64,000 nucleotides of DNA from Burkholderiales bacterium (lineage in GTDB: Bacteria > Pseudomonadota > Gammaproteobacteria > Burkholderiales > JAEUOS01). The DNA is taken from assembly GCA_031362865.1 (NCBI GenBank), contig JANLTH010000008.1, forward strand, positions 193-64,192, written 5' to 3'. This document shows positions 56,780-64,000 of this stretch, piece after piece; within the stretch, counting starts at the first letter, position 1; each line of letters begins with the position of its first letter. A program made the position numbers and the translations under genes. The notes under the pieces were generated by a model. That model was not told the origin of the DNA. It saw only the letters and a list, made by a program, of their open reading frames with translations, and made no database searches.

Positions 56780-57334
56780 ATGCAACTACTCTTTGATGAA
56801 ATTGATTCCCCCATCGGCATGGTGCTAATTGCGGTGGATGACAGCAAGCTGTGCGCACTCGATTTCGCTGGCGACGAAACCCGCATGGAAGCACTGCTTG
56901 AAAAGCGTTACGGGGCGGGCATCTTCAGGCAGGGCATGGTGAAGAAGCCCAACCCGTGCGGGTTTTCAGACAAGGTACGGGACTACTTTGCTGGCGAGTT
57001 GAGCGCGCTCGAGACGATTCCGGTCGCCACCGGCGGCACCGCATTTCAGCAAGCCTGTTGGCAAGCGCTGCGACACATTCCGCCGGGCAGCACGGCCAGC
57101 TATGGTGAGCAGGCCGCGCGTTTGCGCAACCCAAAAGCGGCGCGTGCGGTGGGCCGCACCAATGGCCTGAACCCGGTGGCGCTGGTGCTGCCTTGCCATC
57201 GCGTGGTCGGTGCAAACGGCACGCTGACCGGCTATGCGGGCGGCTTGTGGCGCAAAGAGTGGCTGCTCAAGCACGAAGGCGTTGTGACCCCGCCTTCGCG
57301 CCAGGTCGCCGAGCAGCAGGTGATTTCCTTCTGA
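56780..57334 (+). CDS. ogt: Methylated-DNA--protein-cysteine methyltransferase.
   Basis: Active site PCHRVV at ATG-56780-based residue numbering, plus RAVGRTNGLNP. Confidence 0.9.
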   Translation: MQLLFDEIDSPIGMVLIAVDDSKLCALDFAGDETRMEALLEKRYGAGIFRQGMVKKPNPCGFSDKVRDYFAGELSALETIPVATGGTAFQQACWQALRHIPPGSTASYGEQAARLRNPKAARAVGRTNGLNPVALVLPCHRVVGANGTLTGYAGGLWRKEWLLKHEGVVTPPSRQVAEQQVISF

Positions 57335-57350
57335 GCTACGAGGGCCCGGC

Positions 57351-58220
57351 ATGTCACGCAAACACTTGATTCAACTCGTTCTGCTAGCGGCGATCTGGGG
57401 TGGCGCTTTCATGCTGTTGCGCGTGGCCGCACCCGCGATGGGAGCCGCATGGATCGCGGCATTTCGCGCCGTTTTCGCCGCGCTGGCAATGTTGGCGCTG
57501 TTGCTGGTTACGCGCCAAGCGTTGCGGCTGGATTTGCATACCCGCCACTACGTGGTGCTCGGGCTAATTAATCTTGCGTTGCCCTATTTGTGTTTTTCAT
57601 TCGCAGCAACCCGGCTGCCGACCGCCTACCTGGCGCTCATCAACGCCACGAGCGCGCTCTTCACCGTGCTCTGGGCCTACGCCTGGGACCGGACGCCAGT
57701 AACGTGGCGCAAATTCATTGGCATGCTGTTAGGCATCGTGGGGGTCGCGCTGCTGGTGGGCTTGGGGCCGGTGCCACTGACTGCGGACACGCAGGTGGCG
57801 ATTGCGGTGGTGCTGATCGCACCTTTTTGCTACGGCTTTTGCGGCTTGTATATGCGCAAATTCACCAGCCAAGTAGGCTCGCATCGCTTGGTGGCGGGCA
57901 CACAATTTGTGGCAGTGCTGGTGCTCGTGCCACTGGCCTTGACGCAAACCATGCCCGGCGCGCCCAGTGTGACCACGTGGGCAGCAGCGATTGGCTTGGG
58001 CGTGATCGGCACTGCCTACGGCTTTATCCTCTTCTACAAATTGGTGGCCGAAGCCGGGCCCGAGAAGGCCATGACCGTTACCTACCTCATGCCAGTCTTC
58101 AGCATGTTTTGGGGTTGGCTGGTGTTGGGTGAATCGGTTACCTGGGTAATGCTGGGCGGCTGCGCCGTGATTCTTGGCGGAACCGCCCTGATCTTGCTGC
58201 CTGCGGGTTCGCTGAACTAG
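57351..58220 (+). CDS. DMT-superfamily (EamA) transporter.
   Basis: 289 aa, ten-TM pattern, two EamA-like halves. Confidence 0.85.
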   Translation: MSRKHLIQLVLLAAIWGGAFMLLRVAAPAMGAAWIAAFRAVFAALAMLALLLVTRQALRLDLHTRHYVVLGLINLALPYLCFSFAATRLPTAYLALINATSALFTVLWAYAWDRTPVTWRKFIGMLLGIVGVALLVGLGPVPLTADTQVAIAVVLIAPFCYGFCGLYMRKFTSQVGSHRLVAGTQFVAVLVLVPLALTQTMPGAPSVTTWAAAIGLGVIGTAYGFILFYKLVAEAGPEKAMTVTYLMPVFSMFWGWLVLGESVTWVMLGGCAVILGGTALILLPAGSLN

Positions 58221-58687
58221 GGTCGGCGCGTGACCTGAATGAAGGCCGAATTGGTACCGGGGCGATAGCCAATGTCGTAGTGCCAGCGCTGCGCCAAGTC
58301 GGCGCATTTGTTGGTCGTGCTCTGCGCGCGCTCGATGGTGTAGGTGGTCCAGGCGGTTGCAGAAGACATGTCCACGTCGAGTTGAAACTCCAGCGGCGGC
58401 GAGGTGCGCGAGCCTTGCGCGTATGTCCAGCACAGCGACTGCTGGTACTTGGAGCTGAGCGTCTTGTCCTGCCAGTTGCCAGTTCCCCAGCGGTAACGAT
58501 AGGAAATTTGCGCCGGCGTTTGGTTGTGCAAACATGCGCAGCCATAAGGTTTGTCATTAGGCGCACCAGAGTTGGGTGCGGCAGTGCCGGGCTGCACATT
58601 ACCCGATTGGGCGTTGGCTTGAGAGACCAGCAATGCACTGCTCAAACCGCCAAGTACCATGGCAACAACAGAGCTTCTCAGTTTCAT
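58217..58687 (-). CDS. Secreted hypothetical protein.
   Basis: ATG 58687 lies 6 nt after GAGGAG. Signal peptide ending SQANAQ. Confidence 0.5.
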   Translation of the reverse strand: MKLRSSVVAMVLGGLSSALLVSQANAQSGNVQPGTAAPNSGAPNDKPYGCACLHNQTPAQISYRYRWGTGNWQDKTLSSKYQQSLCWTYAQGSRTSPPLEFQLDVDMSSATAWTTYTIERAQSTTNKCADLAQRWHYDIGYRPGTNSAFIQVTRRP

Positions 58688-58919
58688 GAACATCTCCTCA
58701 ATGTGAATGTGAATTGCAAGGGTAGCGCGGATGCCACATGAGCCGCAACAGGGGTGAGGGGGCAACGCGAGCCTGATTTATTGTAGTACCCAGATCAAGC
58801 CTGTAACCTGACGCGGGTAACACTGAAGGTGATTTTTGGTCCCCAGCAGTTGGTCGCAAACAACACCTGACGCGCCCGTTTTTCGTTCAGCGAATCAAAG
58901 ATTAATACTTCCTGGTCAC

Positions 58920-60587
58920 TCAATAGCGATCTTCTGCCAGCGGGTCGCGAACCTGCAGTTTGTGCTGCGCCAACGCGCGCGCCAAGTCCACCCGACGTTG
59001 AGCCAGCGCGTTACTGGCCGCACCGCCCAGTTGCCCCGCCTCCCAGTACATAACCCTCGCAGCGGTAGCGTAATAGAGGCCCGAGGCGGCTTGGCGATTG
59101 TGTTCTGCCGAGCCGGAGGTCGCCGTGCGCTCCACAAACTGTGCAGCACGCTCGAAACACGAAGCCAGCCACTCGGGCGCAGCAGCGAGGGTGTCGAGCT
59201 GAGCGCGCAAGGCCGCCAGCGCACCTTCGCGTAGCGTCGCGCGCATCACGTCACCAGCAACAATGTTTGAGGTGCCCTCCCAAATCGACCCCAGATGCGC
59301 GTCGCGCAACAGGCGGGCATCAGCAAACTCTTCGATATAACCCACGCCACCGCGCATTTCCATCGCATCACCGGTAGCGCGGCGCGCGTCGCGACACGCG
59401 CGGAATTTGAGCAAGGGGGTAACGATACGCAAGGCGCGGCGGCTTGGCTCGTCGCCCCGATCTGCCGCTTCGAGCAGCTTCGCGGCAAAAAACATCATCG
59501 AGCGCGCAGCTTCAGCCAGCAGCTCAATCTTCGCTAGTTGCCGCTGCACCAGGGGCATCTCGATAATCCGCTTGCCAAAGGCTTGGCGGTGCTGCGCGAC
59601 GTGCTGCGCTTCAAAAAAGGCTCGCCGCATCAACCCCGCCGCGCGCATGCCGTTGGACAAGCGCGAGGTGTTAATCATGTCGGCCATCTGCTTGAACCCG
59701 GCTTCAGGGTCGCCCACCAAATAAGCGTGCGCGCCATCAAGTCGGATTTCGCCCGAAGCCATTGAGCGCGTGCCCAGTTTGTCTTTCAGGCGCACGATGC
59801 GGTAGTGGTTGGGCGTGCCATCAGCCAAGGTGCGCGGCAGCAAGAAGAGGCTCAAACCTTTGGTGCCCGCATCAGCGGCATCCCCGCTACTGGGGCGGTG
59901 TGCGGTGCGGCGCGCCAGCACCAGTGCCAACTCGGCATCGGGGTTGGAGCAAAACCATTTGTCGCCGGTCAAGCGCCAGGTGTCGCCCTCGGGCACGGCC
60001 GTGGTCGCGGTTGCGCCAACGTCTGAACCCGCGCCCTGCTCGGTCATGAACATCGCGCCTTGGGCATGCACGTCCAGGTCGGTGGCGGTCAAGCCGGGCA
60101 AGTAGCGCGCCACCAATTCAGGCGAACCGAATTTAGCCAGTGTGCGCGCCAAGGCATCGGTCATCGAGACCGGGCAGCAGAGTCCAAACTCGGCCTGCAC
60201 AAAAAGGTAGGAGAGCGCATATTTCGCCGCGGGCGGCAGCTTGGCGGGCCACCCCAACAGCCCTGCACGGTGCGACATGGCAGCCAACCCGTATTCACCA
60301 AAGGCCAAGCGTTCCATCTCGACGTAAGCGGGGTGTTTGTCGATGCGCTGCACATCTTCACCACGCCGGTTACGGTGGTGCAGAACCGGCGGGTGGCGAT
60401 CCGCCTGCGTGGCCAGCGCATCCAATTCACCACCGGCAAGCGCGCCCAATCGATTCAGGTGCGGCTCCAAGTGTGCAAAGAGCGTTTCACCCAGGTAGAG
60501 CTTGGCAAGCGCTGCGTGCGTCGGGTCTGCCGCGTAAAAATTTGTGCCCGCGCTATCGGCAATCGGGCTGGCAAGCGCTACTGACAT
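58920..60587 (-). CDS. aidB: AidB-like acyl-CoA dehydrogenase family protein.
   Basis: 555 aa with the long-form ACAD pattern (MTEQGAGSD, IWEGTSN). Confidence 0.75.
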   Translation of the reverse strand: MSVALASPIADSAGTNFYAADPTHAALAKLYLGETLFAHLEPHLNRLGALAGGELDALATQADRHPPVLHHRNRRGEDVQRIDKHPAYVEMERLAFGEYGLAAMSHRAGLLGWPAKLPPAAKYALSYLFVQAEFGLCCPVSMTDALARTLAKFGSPELVARYLPGLTATDLDVHAQGAMFMTEQGAGSDVGATATTAVPEGDTWRLTGDKWFCSNPDAELALVLARRTAHRPSSGDAADAGTKGLSLFLLPRTLADGTPNHYRIVRLKDKLGTRSMASGEIRLDGAHAYLVGDPEAGFKQMADMINTSRLSNGMRAAGLMRRAFFEAQHVAQHRQAFGKRIIEMPLVQRQLAKIELLAEAARSMMFFAAKLLEAADRGDEPSRRALRIVTPLLKFRACRDARRATGDAMEMRGGVGYIEEFADARLLRDAHLGSIWEGTSNIVAGDVMRATLREGALAALRAQLDTLAAAPEWLASCFERAAQFVERTATSGSAEHNRQAASGLYYATAARVMYWEAGQLGGAASNALAQRRVDLARALAQHKLQVRDPLAEDRY

Positions 60588-61570
60588 CAGTCAATCCTCG
60601 CCCCGCTTTGCGCCACGATCTTGCCCCACTTTTTGCCGTCGGCTTCGATAATTTTGCGGAATTCGTCTGGTGTACTGGTCCACGGGTCAAAAAACTGCCC
60701 GCGAATCCGTTCGCGCATTGCAGTGGAGCGCATCACTTTGATGAGCTCGGCATTGAGCTTCTCCACAATCGGCTTAGGGATGCCCGCCGGGCCCATGATG
60801 CCAAACCACAAATCGCTGCCCGCTGCGGTATAGCCAGCTACGCCGCCCTCTTCCATCGTCGGCACGTCGGGCACAAACGGGCTGCGCTTGGCGCTGGTCA
60901 CCCCCAGCGCACGCAGGCGGCCAGCGCGCACGTGTTGCAGGCAGGCATTGGGGATGTCGTACATGAAGGTTAACGTGCCCGCCATCACGTCGGTCAATGC
61001 GGGGGCGCTGCCTTTGTAGGGAATATGCTGCATCGGCGCGCCAGTGAGGGTTTTGAGTAATTCGCCCGACAAATGGTTGGACGAGCCATTGCCGGCCGAG
61101 CCAAACGTCACTTTGCCGGGGTTGGCCTTGGCGAAGTCAACCAGCTCTTTCAAATTCTTGGCCGGGTGATTGGCATTGATAACCAACAGGTTGACATAGG
61201 ATACCGCGAGGGTCAGCGGCGTGAAGTCTTTGAGCGCGTTGTAAGGAATTTTGGCCCCGTAAAGCGCCGGGTTGATCGCGTGCGTGCCAGTGGTCGATAA
61301 GCCGATCGTATAACCATCGGGCACCGATTTGGCGAGCGCGTCCATCCCAACACCACCGCCTGCGCCGCCGCGATTTTCAATCACTACCGGCTGCCCCAGG
61401 GCATCGCTCAATTGTTGCGCCACCGCGCGCGAAAAAGTGTCGGTCGGGCCGCCAGGCGGAAACGGCACAATCCATTTGATCGGGCGTACCGGGTAGCTTT
61501 GCGCGTTGATCGGTAGAGCAACACCGGCAGAAAATGCGGCACTGGCTTGAGTGAATTGGCGACGGTTCAT
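60587..61570 (-). CDS. Bug/TctC-family substrate-binding protein.
   Basis: ATG 61570 (MNRRQFTQASAAF...QSYPVRPIKWIVPFPPGGPTD). Confidence 0.85.
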   Translation of the reverse strand: MNRRQFTQASAAFSAGVALPINAQSYPVRPIKWIVPFPPGGPTDTFSRAVAQQLSDALGQPVVIENRGGAGGGVGMDALAKSVPDGYTIGLSTTGTHAINPALYGAKIPYNALKDFTPLTLAVSYVNLLVINANHPAKNLKELVDFAKANPGKVTFGSAGNGSSNHLSGELLKTLTGAPMQHIPYKGSAPALTDVMAGTLTFMYDIPNACLQHVRAGRLRALGVTSAKRSPFVPDVPTMEEGGVAGYTAAGSDLWFGIMGPAGIPKPIVEKLNAELIKVMRSTAMRERIRGQFFDPWTSTPDEFRKIIEADGKKWGKIVAQSGARID

Positions 61571-61604
61571 GAGGGCTCTGAATGGTGGGTGGCAAAGGGA
61601 CACT

Positions 61605-62453
61605 TTAGCATCCGGCAAGGCCAACCTTTGCCAGATGCGCCGCCGCCCGTGCCAGCGTGAGAGCAATCTCGTCGGCATCCAGCGACAGGGCAATCGCGCC
61701 ATTTTGCTTGGAGAGCTTTGCACCATCGGGGGCTTCGACCACCGGCACGTGCAAATAGCGCGGTGGGGGCAGGCCCAAAAGCCGCTGGAGGTGAATCTGC
61801 CGCGCCGTCGAATCAAGCAGATCCGCGCCGCGCACCACGTCAGTAACCCCCTGCGCTGCGTCATCGACCACCACCGCGAGCTGATAAGCCCACTGCCCGT
61901 CGGCCCGCTTGATTACAAAATCGCCCACCTCACGCGCGAGGTTTTGCTCAACCCGCCCAGCCAAGCGGTCATCGAAAACAATGCTCGCATCGGGCACGCG
62001 CACCCGCCAAGCGCGCGGCGTTCGGCCCGGCGGCAGACCCTGCGCGCAGGTGCCCGGGTAGATCAATTCGCCATAGCGCGGTAGACGCTGGTTCACCACA
62101 GAATCGGCGATTTCGCGGCGCGTGCAAGCGCAGCCGTAGACGTGCCCGCCCGCCAGCAGGCGCTCGAACGCTGCCGGATAGAGCGCCTGCCGCTCGCTTT
62201 GCCACACCGGTGGCTCATCGGCTTGCAGGCCATAGGCAGGCAGCGCTTGGAGGATTTGATTGGCCGCTCCTACAACCGTGCGCTGCGCATCCAAATCCTC
62301 CATCCGCACCAGCCACGCGCCCCCATGCGCACGCGCATCAGCGTGGCTGGCGAGTGCTGCCACCAGCGAGCCTAAATGCAATGGCCCGGTAGGTGAGGGG
62401 GCAAAACGGCCTCGGTAGGGGCGTGCTGAAGGGGGTGATGCTTGGCGGGGCAT
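61605..62453 (-). CDS. gluQ: tRNA glutamyl-Q(34) synthetase (GluQRS).
   Basis: [16 protein letters not shown] (HIGH-type), a truncated GluRS catalytic core, and KLSKQ. Confidence 0.88.
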   Translation of the reverse strand: MPRQASPPSARPYRGRFAPSPTGPLHLGSLVAALASHADARAHGGAWLVRMEDLDAQRTVVGAANQILQALPAYGLQADEPPVWQSERQALYPAAFERLLAGGHVYGCACTRREIADSVVNQRLPRYGELIYPGTCAQGLPPGRTPRAWRVRVPDASIVFDDRLAGRVEQNLAREVGDFVIKRADGQWAYQLAVVVDDAAQGVTDVVRGADLLDSTARQIHLQRLLGLPPPRYLHVPVVEAPDGAKLSKQNGAIALSLDADEIALTLARAAAHLAKVGLAGC

Positions 62454-62643
62454 TGCGTGACTTTAGCAGCCGGGGAACTCACCAAACCGCTCAGCGACTT
62501 GGACTGGGGATGACGGCAATCTGGGTGGCGGGGAACTTGACGTGATGGTCATCAACGACAAAGAAGCGGTGGTGCTCAAAGAAGCGCTTGGAATGGGCTT
62601 CTTTGGGAAGGTGTCATTGGAAGTTGTTGGTCGCCCACCTCTA

Positions 62644-62748
62644 ATTCCATTTCTAAATCATTACGAGATTAGGCGCACCGACGACGACAGTGCTGATAGC
62701 ACGGCTAGGAAGGTGCAACAACATATCGTAATGATTTAGAAATGGAAT
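62644..62748. repeat. Third copy of the 105-bp MITE-like element.
   Basis: Identical to the 31932-32036 copy except for one base (GCTGATAGC versus GCTGCTAGC). Confidence 0.85.
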
Positions 62749-62931
62749 AATTTCGCAGCGGTCACCGGCCCGGTATCGCCGCCAGCATACCCTGCCCATT
62801 TCGCTGTGCTCACGCTACGGCTTGCTCTCGATCTCGACCTGCCGCACTCGCTACCCTGAAGCCGCGGCTTCCAGCCAGGCTCTTAGGCCATCTCCCACCG
62901 TGGGCAGTGCCGGCCTTTGCTGCGCCTTTCG

Positions 62932-63291
62932 CTATCGCCCCTCGCGCTCCGGATTTTCGCTACCGCTGGATGGCGCGTCGCGGTCAAGTTTCTTCATGTT
63001 GTCGAGCAACTTGAGCAGGTAGTGCAGTGAGTGCGTGATGTCGCCGACAGAAAAGCCGTCCAGAGCCTGCTCATAGTAAAGCTGGATCTTCGGCAGCGCT
63101 TTGTCGACCCAGACTTCAAGGCCGGTTTCGGTCATGGTGACCAGGCGCCGGCGCCGGTCTTGCCCGCTGGGTGCGCTACGAACATGCCCGTCGCGCTCCA
63201 TCCTGCTTAACAAGCCGGCCAGATTTTGGCGGCTCACCATCAGGTAGCGCGCCAGATCACCCACGCTCCTGCCGCCTTGCACATGCACCAC
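62932..63291 (-). pseudogene. 5'-truncated MarR-family regulator.
   Basis: The winged-HTH core GGRSVGDLARYLMVSRQNLAGLLSRMERDGHV...DRRRRLVTMTETG is present. The N-terminal roughly 35-45 aa expected for MarR are absent, and the upstream frame runs antisense into the SDR fragment. Confidence 0.55.
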
Positions 63292-63690
63292 GCTGTGCTG
63301 CCGGGTATGGCGGCGCGCAAGGCGGGGCGGATCGTGAACATCGCTTCCGACGCAGCCCGGGTCGGCTCTTCAGGTCAAGCGGTGTATGCCGCCTGCAAGG
63401 GCGGGCTGGTAGCGTTCTCAAAGACGATTGCGCGCGAGCATGCGCGCCACGGCATTACGGTCAACGTGGTTTGCCCTGGCCCTACCGACACGGCTTTGTT
63501 CGCGGATTACAAAGCGGGTGCGGGCAACCCTGAAAAGCTGATGGAAGCCTTCACCCGCTCGATTCCACTGGGTCGCATCGGCCAGCCTGGCGACTTGCCG
63601 GGCGCGATTCTGTTCTTCGCCAGCAGCGATGCGGCCTATATCACCGGCCAGGTCTTGAGCGTCTCTGGCGGCCTGACGATGAATGGCTAG
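63226..63690 (+). pseudogene. C-terminal half of an SDR (FabG-like) lacking the Rossmann N-terminus.
   Basis: IVNIASDAARVGSSGQAVYAACKGGL...VNVVCPGPTDT is present. There is no TGxxxGIG region, and homology starts at about 63270-63290. Confidence 0.6.
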
Positions 63691-64000
63691 GCCAAAAATT
63701 CTTCCCCAAATCCCGATTGGAAACCAACCCGAGCTCTGTGGACTTTCTTTGCGAAGTGCGCAACGGCGTGGCCGGGACCACCATCCTCCGGCCCCCTTGG
63801 AAACGGTGGCTTTGCGCAAATTGCTGGCTGCCGAGGGCAAAATGCTGTCAACGCTGATCAAGGATCGCAAGCTCGCGGTTGATTGAGTGCTCACGGTCGA
63901 CTGACGCTCTCCCCAGCATTTTTTTGGTCGAGTCAACCAGCGCGCCTAGAATCGCCGGTTTGCATCGCCTTAACGCTGGAGAAGAGCATGGGATTGTTTA

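Noticed and set aside
62542-62739. 65-aa plus-strand ORF between gluQ and the MarR fragment.
   Set aside because: More than half of it is read through the 105-bp palindromic repeat, and the same repeat elsewhere is non-coding. It is probably an artefact, possibly with a short gene relic at its 5' end.
62749-62931. GC-rich non-coding stretch with snippets reminiscent of structured RNAs (GAGAGCAAGCCG, GGGCAGGGT).
   Set aside because: The order and context do not match the RNase P, SRP, tmRNA or cobalamin-riboswitch consensus as I remember them. It is more likely a decayed gene remnant. An Infernal/Rfam scan would settle it.
63683-63886. 67-aa ORF downstream of the SDR fragment.
   Set aside because: No SD and an Arg/Pro-rich N-terminal half. 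Only the last roughly 25 aa look protein-like, so it is probably another relic rather than a gene.

Overview
The window has two parts. Positions 1 to about 25.4-25.7 kb are the right-hand portion of a conjugative, ICE-like element that continues past the left edge. Nearly all of its genes are on the minus strand. They comprise an R64/PAPI-1-style type IVb pilus set (PilR', PilQ, PilP, PilO, PilN, PilL), a secreted lytic transglycosylase, and a Trb (VirB-like) T4SS operon (trbB-C-D-E-[orf]-J-[orf]-F-G-I). Upstream of these is a separate operon with a TraD/VirD4-type coupling protein, two accessory ORFs and a MobH/TraI-like protein. A divergent plus-strand regulatory block follows: a DUF3102 coiled-coil protein, a 402-aa FlhC-like protein and AlpA. 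The element ends in an AT-rich non-coding stretch (25366-25693). The points of interest in the element are:

- No TrbL/VirB6 gene at its syntenic position.
- A more AT-rich two-gene insertion between trbE and trbJ.
- A relaxase-like protein that seems to lack the catalytic His/HD residues.
- A possible single-chain FlhD-like + FlhC-like regulator.

From about 25.7 kb to 64 kb the sequence looks like an ordinary high-GC chromosome. Two Bug/TctC-family binding proteins and the TRAP systems suggest Burkholderiales, but that is inference. This part contains queC, metY, two Phd-VapC toxin-antitoxin loci, an aceE-type E1 with an Lrp regulator, and a gallate/protocatechuate-4,5-cleavage-like cluster linked to a TRAP transporter and DUF genes. 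It also holds pncB, a ROK kinase, an Ada-type alkylation-repair cluster (adaA-alkA fusion, ogt, aidB-like) and gluQ. A decayed region at the right end carries two head-to-head 5'-truncated genes. A 105-bp element with perfect 23-bp terminal inverted repeats occurs three times, and one copy sits between the antitoxin and toxin genes of a TA operon. I found no rRNA, tRNA or CRISPR array. All family assignments come from reading the translations by eye against remembered motifs, and no searches were run.
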